A DNA stretch of 32,000 bases from Ktedonobacterales bacterium (lineage in GTDB: Bacteria > Chloroflexota > Ktedonobacteria > Ktedonobacterales > JADMIN01). A program made the translations under genes and the position numbers. Where the stretch lies: positions 3,540,001-3,572,000 of the forward strand of contig CP126532.1 of the NCBI GenBank assembly GCA_030167145.1, read 5' to 3'. The notes beneath the pieces were generated by a model. It saw nothing but the letters and a program-made list of their open reading frames with translations. It was not told where the DNA came from and did no database searches. Positions 14,017 to 21,855 of this stretch are shown in pieces; within the stretch, counting starts at the first letter, position 1; the number at the start of each line of letters is the position of its first letter.

Positions 14017-14028
14017 CGTACCCTCCCT
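12986..14028. repeat. Tandem duplication (offset 528/537 bp) with a mosaic identity pattern
   Basis: Block 1 is 12986-13095 = 13514-13623 (1 mismatch). Block 2 is 13157-13317 = 13685-13845 (identical by eye). Block 3 is 13391-13491 = 13928-14028 (identical). The intervening segments 13096-13156 vs 13624-13684 and 13318-13390 vs 13846-13927 are largely unalignable. Confidence 0.9.
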
Positions 14029-14117
14029 CCCATCTCACTCTCTCCTACGTCTGCTGTGGCCTACTCGTCCGCAGCGAGCAATGTGGGCCGCAGCAAGGAC
14101 GAGCTTAGCTTGATGCC

Positions 14118-14126
14118 AGTATAGCA
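14118..14126 (-). promoter_or_regulatory. Extended -10 element TGCTATACT upstream of the duplicated membrane gene
   Basis: The minus strand reads TGCTATACT, about 100 nt upstream of ATG 14016. Confidence 0.4.
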
Positions 14127-14180
14127 CCCTTAGCAGGCGGGTGCAGACATGACATTCGCCCCTCGGCATATGTGGCGGAC

Positions 14181-14216
14181 CAAAACGGACGCCCCACCTG
14201 AGAGATCAGGCGGGGC
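14181..14216 (-). terminator. Rho-independent terminator of the small ORF 14293..14493
   Basis: The minus-strand RNA reads GCCCCGCCUGA-UCUC-UCAGGUGGGGC, an 11-bp stem with one G.U pair, followed by GUCCGUUUUGG. Confidence 0.6.
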
Positions 14217-14292
14217 ATATTGCTAGCGCTTGAGACTGGCGCTGGCGACACATCTACGCTGCTGTGTGCTACTGTGTGCTACAAGGAGCGTA

Positions 14293-14493
14293 TTAGCGCC
14301 AGGCGAGGCTGGTGTACGCATAGTGGGTGAGGCGTTTGCCGCCGCGAATCAGCAGCAGGCCAAGCTGGGCGGCCAGCCAGTGGCGCAGCGCGGGAGAGCG
14401 GGGCAGGTCGGCGAGCAGCCGCTCGCGCTCGGCCTCGTGCAGCAATGACGCGGTGTGTTGGTGCATGAGTGTTTCCGCGATGTAGGGATGCAT
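14293..14493 (-). CDS. Small hypothetical protein (66 aa)
   Basis: ATG 14493 lies 7 nt after AGGAGG. The sequence is MHPYIAETLMHQHTASLLHEAERERLLADLPRSPALRHWLAAQLGLLLIRGG... A terminator lies downstream. Confidence 0.45.
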   Translation of the reverse strand: MHPYIAETLMHQHTASLLHEAERERLLADLPRSPALRHWLAAQLGLLLIRGGKRLTHYAYTSLAWR

Positions 14494-14526
14494 GGTCAAC
14501 CTCCTGATGCGGATGCCTATGAGCAT

Positions 14527-14536
14527 AGTGTACACT
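14527..14536. promoter_or_regulatory. Perfect 10-bp palindrome AGTGTACACT; candidate operator
   Basis: It lies in the 101-bp divergent region between the small ORF and the YafY/WYL regulator gene. It contains TACACT on both strands. Confidence 0.3.
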
Positions 14537-14594
14537 GATAACCGGATAGAGTCCGTCCTAATTGAACACGGGTTCTGGAAAGTGGTGAAAACTG

Positions 14595-15608
14595 GTGTAC
14601 CACCCGACGACGCGCGTGCTGACCGTGCTGGAACTGTTGCAGTCGCACCACCGCATCACCGGCGCGCGGCTGGCGGAGCGGCTGGAAGTGGATACGCGGA
14701 CGGTGCGCCGCTACATCACCATGCTCCAAGATTTGGGGATTCCGGTGGAGTCGGAGCGCGGGCGCTACGGGGCGTATCGCCTGATGCCGGGATTCAAGCT
14801 GCCGCCACTGATGTTCACCGATGATGAGGCGCTGGCGGTGACGCTGGGGCTGCTGCTGGCGCGGCGGTTGGGGTTGGCGGCGACCACGCCGGCGATGGAG
14901 GGCGCGCTGGCGAAGATCGAACGCGTGCTGCCGCCGCTGCTGCGCGAGCGCGTGCGGGCGGTGCGCGACGCGGTGGTGTTCAACGCGGTGCGGCCCGATG
15001 TGACGACGCCGCATGCGCTGGTGCTGACCTTCAGCGCGGCGGCGGGGCAGTGCCAGCGCGTCTGGCTGCGCTACCGCTCTGGTCTGGCGAAGGATACCGA
15101 GCGCGAGATTGATCCGTATGGGCTGGTGTATCACGCGGGGCGCTGGTATACGCCCGCGTACTGCCATTTGCGCCAGGATTACCGCGTCTTCCGGCTGGAC
15201 CGCGTGCTGGCGGCGGAGCTACGCGAGCAGACGTTCGTGCGCCCGGCGGACTTCGATAGCCTAAATTACGTGCTGCATAGCATTGCGACGATGCCGAGCA
15301 CATGGACGGCGGTGGTGCTGCTGGAGACCTCGATTGAGCGGGCGCGGGCGCTGGTCCCGCCGGACCTGGGGACGCTGGAAGAGACGCCAGCGGGGGTGGT
15401 GCTGCGCTGCTGGGTGGAGGGGCTGAGCTGGATGGCGCGGTTCCTAGTGGAGTTGGGATGCCCGTTCATTGTGCGCGAGCCGCCGGAGCTGCGCGACGCG
15501 TTGCGTGAACTGGTGGCGCGGGTGGCGAACTGGACGGAGCGCGTGGAAGCGGATGTAGAAGTGGCAGCAGCGGTGGAATCGGCGCATGAGAGCGATGCCC
15601 GTGCTTGA
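14595..15608 (+). CDS. YafY-family transcriptional regulator (HTH + WYL domain)
   Basis: GTG start. RVLTVLELLQSHHRITGARLAERLEVDTRTVRRYITMLQDLGIPVESERGRYGAYRL is the HTH region. REIDPYGLVYHAGRWYTPAYCHLRQDYRVFRLDRV is WYL-like, and a C-terminal WCX-like region follows. Confidence 0.85.
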   Translation: MYHPTTRVLTVLELLQSHHRITGARLAERLEVDTRTVRRYITMLQDLGIPVESERGRYGAYRLMPGFKLPPLMFTDDEALAVTLGLLLARRLGLAATTPAMEGALAKIERVLPPLLRERVRAVRDAVVFNAVRPDVTTPHALVLTFSAAAGQCQRVWLRYRSGLAKDTEREIDPYGLVYHAGRWYTPAYCHLRQDYRVFRLDRVLAAELREQTFVRPADFDSLNYVLHSIATMPSTWTAVVLLETSIERARALVPPDLGTLEETPAGVVLRCWVEGLSWMARFLVELGCPFIVREPPELRDALRELVARVANWTERVEADVEVAAAVESAHESDARA

Positions 15609-15682
15609 TGCGCGCGCTGGCGCGTCATACTCTATGGGGACAGCAGCACGATTCGACAAAGGCACAACCGGGGAGGATTTGT

Positions 15683-16678
15683 ATGGCGACACTGATCGAG
15701 CCACGCGCTGAGGCGGGCATACCGGCGGGGCACGCGCGCAATCCGGGCATGGCGCTGGATCTGGGGCGCGTGGCGGCGGTGCAGGTGAATCGCAGCGCGG
15801 TCGAGCGGCGGGCGGCGACCCTTCCCGCGCGGCGGACGGTGAAGAAGGAATGGCAGGCGGCGTGGCTGTTGCGCGCGATCACGTGCATTGATTTGACGAC
15901 GCTGGCAGGCGATGACACGCCGGGGAACGTGAGGCGGCTCTGCGCGAAGGCGCGGCATCCGGTGCGCGCGGAGATTCTGGAACGGCTGGGCGCGACGGGC
16001 CTGGACATCCATACCGGCGCGGTGTGTGTGTATCACAATCTCGTGCCGGTGGCGGTCGAGGCGCTGGCAGGGAGCGGCATCCCGGTCGCGGCGGTCTCCA
16101 CGGGCTTTCCCGCCGGGCAGACACCGCTGCCGCTGAAGCTGGATGAGATTCGCGCCTCGGTGGCGGCGGGCGCGCGTGAGATTGATATCGTCATTTCGCG
16201 GGCGCATGCGCTGACGGGCGATTGGCAGGCGCTCTACGACGAGGTGCGCGCGTTTCGCGAGGCCTGCGGCGAGGCGCATATGAAGACGATCCTGGCGACG
16301 GGCGAGTTGGGCACGCTGCGCAACGTGGCGCGGGCGAGCCAGGTCTGCATGATGGCGGGGGCCGATTTCATCAAGACTTCGACTGGCAAGGAGGGCGTGA
16401 ACGCGACGCTGCCGGTGAGCTTGGTGATGGTGCGCGCGATTCGCGAGTATTACGAGGCGACGGGCTACGCGGTGGGGTTCAAGCCTGCGGGCGGGATTCG
16501 CACGGCGAAGCAATCGCTGGACTGGCTGACGCTGATGAAAGAGGAGCTAGGCGACGCCTGGCTGCGCGCAGACCTGTTCCGTATCGGCGCGAGTGGGCTG
16601 CTGACCGACATCGAGCGGCAACTGGAATACTTCGCGACGGGCCGCTACTCGGCGGCGTACCATCAGCCGATGGCGTAG
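15683..16678 (+). CDS. deoC: Deoxyribose-phosphate aldolase (long type)
   Basis: ATG 15683 follows GGGGAGG. The sequence includes CIDLTTL.., VCVYHNLVP.., GADFIKTSTGK (Schiff-base Lys) and GFKPAGGIRT. Confidence 0.85.
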   Translation: MATLIEPRAEAGIPAGHARNPGMALDLGRVAAVQVNRSAVERRAATLPARRTVKKEWQAAWLLRAITCIDLTTLAGDDTPGNVRRLCAKARHPVRAEILERLGATGLDIHTGAVCVYHNLVPVAVEALAGSGIPVAAVSTGFPAGQTPLPLKLDEIRASVAAGAREIDIVISRAHALTGDWQALYDEVRAFREACGEAHMKTILATGELGTLRNVARASQVCMMAGADFIKTSTGKEGVNATLPVSLVMVRAIREYYEATGYAVGFKPAGGIRTAKQSLDWLTLMKEELGDAWLRADLFRIGASGLLTDIERQLEYFATGRYSAAYHQPMA

Positions 16679-16691
16679 AGGGAGGCGTCGC

Positions 16692-17306
16692 ATGCCCAGC
16701 AACGACTATCACTTCGTGACGCACTGGCAGGTGCGCGGAACGTGTGAAGAGGTGGCGCGCATTCTGGCCGATGCGCCGGAACTGGCGCGCTGGTGGCCGT
16801 CGGTGTATCTGGAGGTGCACGAGCTTCAGCGCGGGGATGAGCGCGGCGTAGGCACGGTGGTAGACCTCTATACCAAGGGCTGGCTGCCGTACACGCTGCG
16901 CTGGTGGTTCCGCGTGACAGAGTCGAATCCGCCGCATGGGTTCACGCTGGAGGCGCATGGCGACTTCGAGGGGCGCGGCGAGTGGACTATCGAGCAGAAC
17001 GGCGATTGGGTGGAGATCACCTACGACTGGCGGATTCGTGCGGACAAGCCGCTGCTGCGCAATTTCTCGTGGCTGATGAAGCCGATTTTTTCAGGGAATC
17101 ACCGCTGGGCGATGGCGCGCGGCGAGGAGAGCCTGAAGCTGGAACTGGCGCGCCGACGGGCAACGAGCGATGACGCGCTGGCGGTGATTCCTGCGCCGCC
17201 GGGTCCGACGCGCACGGGGCCGCTGCTGGCCGCCGGGGCGGGCGTGGGTGCGACGGCGCTGCTAGCGGCGGCGGTGATGCGGCGGCGTGGACGCGCTGAA
17301 CGGTAG
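16692..17306 (+). CDS. SRPBCC family protein with a C-terminal membrane anchor
   Basis: YHFVTHWQVRGTCEEVARILADAPELARWWPSVYLEV...GEWTIEQNGDWVEITYDWRI..., with a terminal hydrophobic segment LLAAGAGVGATALLAAAVM. Confidence 0.7.
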   Translation: MPSNDYHFVTHWQVRGTCEEVARILADAPELARWWPSVYLEVHELQRGDERGVGTVVDLYTKGWLPYTLRWWFRVTESNPPHGFTLEAHGDFEGRGEWTIEQNGDWVEITYDWRIRADKPLLRNFSWLMKPIFSGNHRWAMARGEESLKLELARRRATSDDALAVIPAPPGPTRTGPLLAAGAGVGATALLAAAVMRRRGRAER

Positions 17307-17320
17307 GCAAAGCGACCTAA

Positions 17321-17809
17321 CTATAGGTCTGGGGCCGCCAGTCCATGCATGCCCAGGCTGAAGGATAGCTCGCCGCCGTGATGCAGGTCGTGTTCGATCA
17401 GGTGCCAGAGAATCCACTGACGTGTGTAGGTGATCTGCTGGCCGTCTTCCTCATCGGTGAAGGTTTCGTCCAGGTCGGCCACAGTCCAGTGATCCAACGC
17501 CTCGACGAGGATGCGCCAGGTGGTGGCCATGCCAGTGACCAACTCATCAGCGGTGCGGGCGGGCGCATCCCGGCGATCCCAGGTTTGGAACGATACGATC
17601 TCGTCGTCGCCCAGACCGAGCGCCATACCTATCCAGCGGGCGCGGGCGCCAATGATATGCACGGCAATGTCGCCAATCGAACGAAGGTTCGGCCCTGCTC
17701 GCAGCGCAAGCTGGTCGGACGAAAGCGGAGTGAGCGCGGTGATGAGATGCTGCTGGTAGGTCTCCCAGCCACGATAGACGCTTGCAAGTGAAGGCGCGGA
17801 TGTTGCCAT
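17321..17809 (-). CDS. DinB family protein
   Basis: ATG 17809 follows GGGAG. The sequence includes ..IAVHIIGARARWI.. and ..WILWHLIEHDLHHGGELS (DinB His triad pattern). The track ORF to 18028 is over-extended. Confidence 0.8.
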   Translation of the reverse strand: MATSAPSLASVYRGWETYQQHLITALTPLSSDQLALRAGPNLRSIGDIAVHIIGARARWIGMALGLGDDEIVSFQTWDRRDAPARTADELVTGMATTWRILVEALDHWTVADLDETFTDEEDGQQITYTRQWILWHLIEHDLHHGGELSFSLGMHGLAAPDL

Positions 17810-17855
17810 GAGCGAACTCCCTATTGTTTGGCAGAGATAGATTATCAACTCTCCC

Positions 17856-17864
17856 ATTGTAGCA
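17856..17864 (-). promoter_or_regulatory. Extended -10 element TGCTACAAT for the DinB gene
   Basis: The minus strand reads TGCTACAAT, about 45 nt upstream of ATG 17809. Confidence 0.45.
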
Positions 17865-17946
17865 GGCAATGTGGACAGCCCTTGTCCCATTTCGCAGCAT
17901 TTTCCGCCGTGATCTTCAGCGCGCTGCCGATGCTGGCCACACCCGT

Positions 17947-17987
17947 GCGCGTGGCCAGCGCGTGGCCAGCGCGTGACCAGCGCGCGG
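17947..17987. repeat. Tandem 11-mer GCGCGTGGCCA, about 3.7 copies
   Basis: Copies at 17947-17957, 17958-17968 and 17969-17979 (G>A), plus a partial copy. It lies in the divergent DinB/ALDH intergenic region and shares the GTGGCC core with the 3983-4063 array. Confidence 0.85.
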
Positions 17988-18075
17988 GCAATGGAAGCCT
18001 GACATATCGGGGCAGTCGTTCGCCGCATGTGGTTAACTGCGGGGACAGCGAGTTCGTCTTATCCTACAAGCGGAT

Positions 18076-18099
18076 GGGCGCACGCCGTGCGCCCCTACG
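18076..18099. repeat. REP-like hairpin GGGCGCAC-GCC-GTGCGCCC with CTACG tail (copy 3)
   Basis: Same architecture and CCCCTACG tail as 2353-2377, 37 nt upstream of the ALDH ATG. Confidence 0.5.
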
Positions 18100-18135
18100 A
18101 ACGAATATAAAGGCGAGAGAGCGAGGGCGAGCGAC

Positions 18136-20640
18136 ATGAGCGGCACACCGAGCGTCGCGGAGATATTTGAGACGATGGAATATGGACCTGCGCCGGAATC
18201 ATCAGACCCGGCGCGGGCATGGCTGGCGGCGCACGCGCCCCGACTGCGGCTGTTCATCGGCAATGAGTGGCGCGAGCCAAGCACAGGCGAATACTTCGCC
18301 AGCGTCAACCCGGCGACGGCGCAGCCGCTGATCGAAGTGGCGCAGGCAGGCGCGGCGGATGTGGAAGCGGCGGTGCGCGCGGCGCGTGAAGCCTTTCCGG
18401 CGTGGAGCGCGACGCCGGGGCACGTGCGGGCACGGTACTTGTATGCGCTGGCGCGGCAGATTCAGAAGCATTCGCGGCTGTTGGCGGTGCTGGAGACGAT
18501 GGACAACGGTAAGCCGATCCGCGAGACGCGCGACCTGGATATTCCGCTGGTGGCGCGGCACTTCTATCATTACGCGGGCTGGGCGCAACTGCTGGATAGC
18601 GAGTTTCCTGAGATGCGGCCCATCGGCGTCTGCGGGCAGATCATCCCGTGGAACTTTCCGCTGCTGATGCTGGCGTGGAAGATCGCGCCCGCGCTGGCGA
18701 CCGGCAATACCGTCGTGCTCAAGCCCGCCGAGTTCACCTCGATCACCGCCATCGCCTTTGCTGAGATCGTCAAGAGCGTTGGATTGCCGCCGGGGGTGGT
18801 CAACATCGTCACCGGCGACGGGCGCACCGGCGAGCTGATCGTCAACGCGCCGGATATAGACAAGATAGCCTTCACTGGCTCGACCGATGTCGGGCGCATC
18901 ATTCGCAAGGCCACGGCGGGCAGCGGCAAGCGGCTCTCGCTGGAGCTCGGCGGCAAATCGCCGTTCGTCGTCTTCGATGACGCCGACCTGGATTCAGTGG
19001 TGGAGGGCGTGGTGGACGCCATCTGGTTCAACCAGGGGCAGGTCTGCTGCGCTGGATCGCGGCTACTGGTGCAGGAGAGCGTGGCGGAGCAGTTGCTCGC
19101 CAAACTGCGTGCGCGCATGGAGAAGCTGCGCGTGGGCGATCCGCTGGATAAGGCGGTGGACATCGGGGCGATCATCGCGCCGGTGCAGCTTGAGAAGATT
19201 CAGCGACTGGTGAATCAGGGAGTGGCTGAGGGCGCGGAGATGTGGCAGCCGGGCTGGGCCTGCCCCACCGACGGCTATTTCTTCCCGCCGACGCTCTTCA
19301 CTGGCGTCTCGCCCGCCGCGACCATCGCGCAGGTGGAGATCTTCGGACCGGTGCTGGTGGCGATGACGTTCCGCACGCCATCCGAGGCGGTGGCGCTGGC
19401 GAACAATACGCCGTATGGGCTGGCGGCCAGCGTGTGGAGCGAAAACATCAACCTCGCGCTGGATGTGTCGCGGAAGATTGCCGCCGGAACCGTGTGGATC
19501 AACTGCACCAATGTCTTCGACGCGGCGTCGGGCTTCGGCGGCTATCGCGAGAGCGGCTACGGGCGCGAGGGTGGCCGCGAGGGATTGTACGAGTACCTTC
19601 AGCCCGCGTGGGAAGCCGAGCACGCCGCCGATGTTATAGGCGAGGCGGACCATACCCTCACAGCGAGCGGGAAGAACGGCCACAAGCGCGGCAAGAAAGC
19701 TCATGCAGAGCAGGTGGCACTCGCCCAGGCGAATGGCGCGGGTGATGGCGCGCATCTCGCGCCGGAGAGTGACGGTTTCCGCGACTGGCCCGCAATTGAC
19801 CGCACGCCGAAGCTCTTCATCGGTGGGAAGCAGGCGCGGCCCGATTCGGGGTACAGTCGCGAGATATTGGGAGCGCAGGGTGAGCCGCTGGGCGAGGTGG
19901 GCGAGGGCAACCGCAAAGACATCCGCAACGCCGTGGAGGCGGCGCACACGGCGGCGACGGGCTGGGCGGGCGCAACGGCGCATAGCCGCGCGCAGATCCT
20001 CTACTACATCGCCGAGAACCTCGCCACTCGCGCGGATGAGTTCGCCGCGCGGATTCGCGCGCAGACTGGGCGCGACGGTGAGGACGCGGCGTGCGAGGTG
20101 GAACGCGCGATTGAGCGGCTCTTCACCTATGCGGCGTGGGCGGACAAGTACGACGGCGCGGTGCATGGCACGCCGGTGCGCGGGCTGACACTGGCGGTTC
20201 ACGAGCCGGTGGGGGTGCTGGGGCTGGCCTGCCCGGATGAGTATCCATTGCTCGGCTTCGTTTCGTTGGTGGCCCCGGCCATCGCGATGGGCAATACGGT
20301 GATCGCGCTGCCCTCCGAGCGGCACCCGCTGAGCGCGACGGACTTCTATGCTGTGCTGGAAACGTCGGACGTGCCCGCAGGCGTGGTGAATATCGTCACC
20401 GGCGCACGCGACACGCTGGCGAAGGTGCTGGCCGAGCACGACGACGTGGACGGCGTCTGGTACTTCGGCTCCGCTGAGGGCGCGCGGCTGGTGGAGGCGG
20501 CCTCGACCGGCAACATGAAGCGCACGTGGGTGAGCTACGGACATCCGCGCGCGTGGCTGGAGCGCGGGCAAGGTGAGGGGCAGGAGTTCCTGCGCGAGGC
20601 GACGCAGGTGAAGAACATCTGGACGCCGATGGGCGAGTGA
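18136..20640 (+). CDS. Aldehyde dehydrogenase fused to a second, truncated ALDH-like domain (834 aa)
   Basis: The N-terminal ~480 aa read WNFPLLMLAWKIAPALATGNTVVLKPAE, LELGGKSP, QGQVCCAGSR and EIFGPV. The C-terminal ~330 aa read like an ALDH cofactor-binding half (AGVVNIVTG, VWYFGSAEG). Its ELGGK-equivalent reads TWVSYG, and the protein ends soon after. Confidence 0.85.
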   Translation: MSGTPSVAEIFETMEYGPAPESSDPARAWLAAHAPRLRLFIGNEWREPSTGEYFASVNPATAQPLIEVAQAGAADVEAAVRAAREAFPAWSATPGHVRARYLYALARQIQKHSRLLAVLETMDNGKPIRETRDLDIPLVARHFYHYAGWAQLLDSEFPEMRPIGVCGQIIPWNFPLLMLAWKIAPALATGNTVVLKPAEFTSITAIAFAEIVKSVGLPPGVVNIVTGDGRTGELIVNAPDIDKIAFTGSTDVGRIIRKATAGSGKRLSLELGGKSPFVVFDDADLDSVVEGVVDAIWFNQGQVCCAGSRLLVQESVAEQLLAKLRARMEKLRVGDPLDKAVDIGAIIAPVQLEKIQRLVNQGVAEGAEMWQPGWACPTDGYFFPPTLFTGVSPAATIAQVEIFGPVLVAMTFRTPSEAVALANNTPYGLAASVWSENINLALDVSRKIAAGTVWINCTNVFDAASGFGGYRESGYGREGGREGLYEYLQPAWEAEHAADVIGEADHTLTASGKNGHKRGKKAHAEQVALAQANGAGDGAHLAPESDGFRDWPAIDRTPKLFIGGKQARPDSGYSREILGAQGEPLGEVGEGNRKDIRNAVEAAHTAATGWAGATAHSRAQILYYIAENLATRADEFAARIRAQTGRDGEDAACEVERAIERLFTYAAWADKYDGAVHGTPVRGLTLAVHEPVGVLGLACPDEYPLLGFVSLVAPAIAMGNTVIALPSERHPLSATDFYAVLETSDVPAGVVNIVTGARDTLAKVLAEHDDVDGVWYFGSAEGARLVEAASTGNMKRTWVSYGHPRAWLERGQGEGQEFLREATQVKNIWTPMGE

Positions 20641-20735
20641 GGAGCAGCGGCACAAAATCTGCATGCCACCAGATGGGCGTGAGCGGGGCGAATAGCCGCC
20701 CCGCACGTTTCCCCAAGCAGGAAGGTGGCTGCCCG

Positions 20736-21845
20736 ATGCTGCGCGATACGTTGCGACGCCTGGCCGAAGAGGAGCCGGGCGATATTCCTATACTCAGCGT
20801 CTATCTGGATATGCGCCCGCAGGCGACGGGCGAGCGCCCAGGGATGCGCGCCGCGCTGGTGATATTGAAGGACCGGCTGCGCGAGATCGAGAAGACGCTC
20901 TGGCCGCGCGGCCCCGCGCTGGATTCGTTCCGGGCGGATGCTGCGCGGGTCGAAGCCTATATCGAGCAGGAAGCGCCGAGCGAGGCGCAGGGGCTGGCAA
21001 TCTTCTCGTGTTCGGCGCACAACCTCTTCGAGACGGTGGTGTCTGGTGTGCCCTTCGAGACGTATGTGGTGTATAGCCGCCGGGCCGATCTCTTCCAGCT
21101 TGCGAGCCTACTGGAAGAGCAGGAGACGAGCGTGGTCGCGGTAGCCGACACGAGTACTATACGGCTGTTCGTTATGCGCCGTGGATTCTTGCGCGAGGTG
21201 GAAGGCGTGGATGAACCGAACTTCTACTACAGCATGCGCAACACCGGCGGATTGAACCAGCCTCGGTACCAGCGCAGCATCAAGAATAATCGCGTCGCGT
21301 TCGCCAAGGAGGCGGCGGCGGAACTGGAGTTGTTGGTGGATGAGGTGGGCGCGGTGCGTGTGGTGCTGGCGGGCGACGAGGTGGCGATTCCGTTGCTGCG
21401 GGCGGCGCTCTCGCCACAGGTCGCGCAGATGACGCTGGAGACCGTGCCGCGCTTCGACATTCGCGCCCCGCGCACCGAGATCGAGCAGGAGGTCGCGCCG
21501 ATGCTAGTCGAGGCCGAAAAAGAAGACGAGCGCGCGCTGGCCGATCAACTGCTGGATGCAATCCAGGCGAACGGGCTGGGTGTCGCGGGCTTGGAGCCAA
21601 CGCGGCAGGCGCTGAACTGGGGGCAGGTGGATACGCTGCTACTGCTGATGGACGCGCCCATCTCCGACGACGACCGCCGCAAGCTGGTGCAGCAGGCGGT
21701 GCTGACTGGCGCGGAGGTAGAGACCGTCGAGCAACACGAGGCGCTGAAAGAGTTGGGCGGGGTGGGCGCGCTGCTGCGCTACCGGCATCACGCGCCGCCG
21801 ATGGAGTATCCTGCCGAATTCGGCCAGCACCCAGAATTGATTTGA
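20736..21845 (+). CDS. Bacterial eRF1-fold protein (baeRF / Vms1-Ankzf1-like peptidyl-tRNA hydrolase family)
   Basis: ATG 20736 follows GGAAGGTGG. The N-terminus ILSVYLDMRP.. is typical. The loop RNTGGLNQPRYQRS sits where eRF1 has GGQ and gives a GxxQ pattern as in Vms1. The C-terminal GGVGALLRY matches the eRF1/Pelota domain-3 signature. An alternative GTG 20637 overlaps the ALDH stop. Confidence 0.7.
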   Translation: MLRDTLRRLAEEEPGDIPILSVYLDMRPQATGERPGMRAALVILKDRLREIEKTLWPRGPALDSFRADAARVEAYIEQEAPSEAQGLAIFSCSAHNLFETVVSGVPFETYVVYSRRADLFQLASLLEEQETSVVAVADTSTIRLFVMRRGFLREVEGVDEPNFYYSMRNTGGLNQPRYQRSIKNNRVAFAKEAAAELELLVDEVGAVRVVLAGDEVAIPLLRAALSPQVAQMTLETVPRFDIRAPRTEIEQEVAPMLVEAEKEDERALADQLLDAIQANGLGVAGLEPTRQALNWGQVDTLLLLMDAPISDDDRRKLVQQAVLTGAEVETVEQHEALKELGGVGALLRYRHHAPPMEYPAEFGQHPELI

Positions 21846-21855
21846 TTGCTCTCAG

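Noticed and set aside
12970-14028. A diversity-generating retroelement (DGR) as the source of the variable cassettes.
   Set aside because: There is no reverse transcriptase or template repeat in the window. The differences are not confined to adenine positions, and the segments differ in length and are unalignable.
11472-14292. A complete prophage or ICE with attachment sites.
   Set aside because: I recognised no integrase, recombinase, tRNA target or structural genes, and I could not find matching direct repeats of 10 nt or more at the two ends by eye. I therefore report it only as a possible remnant.
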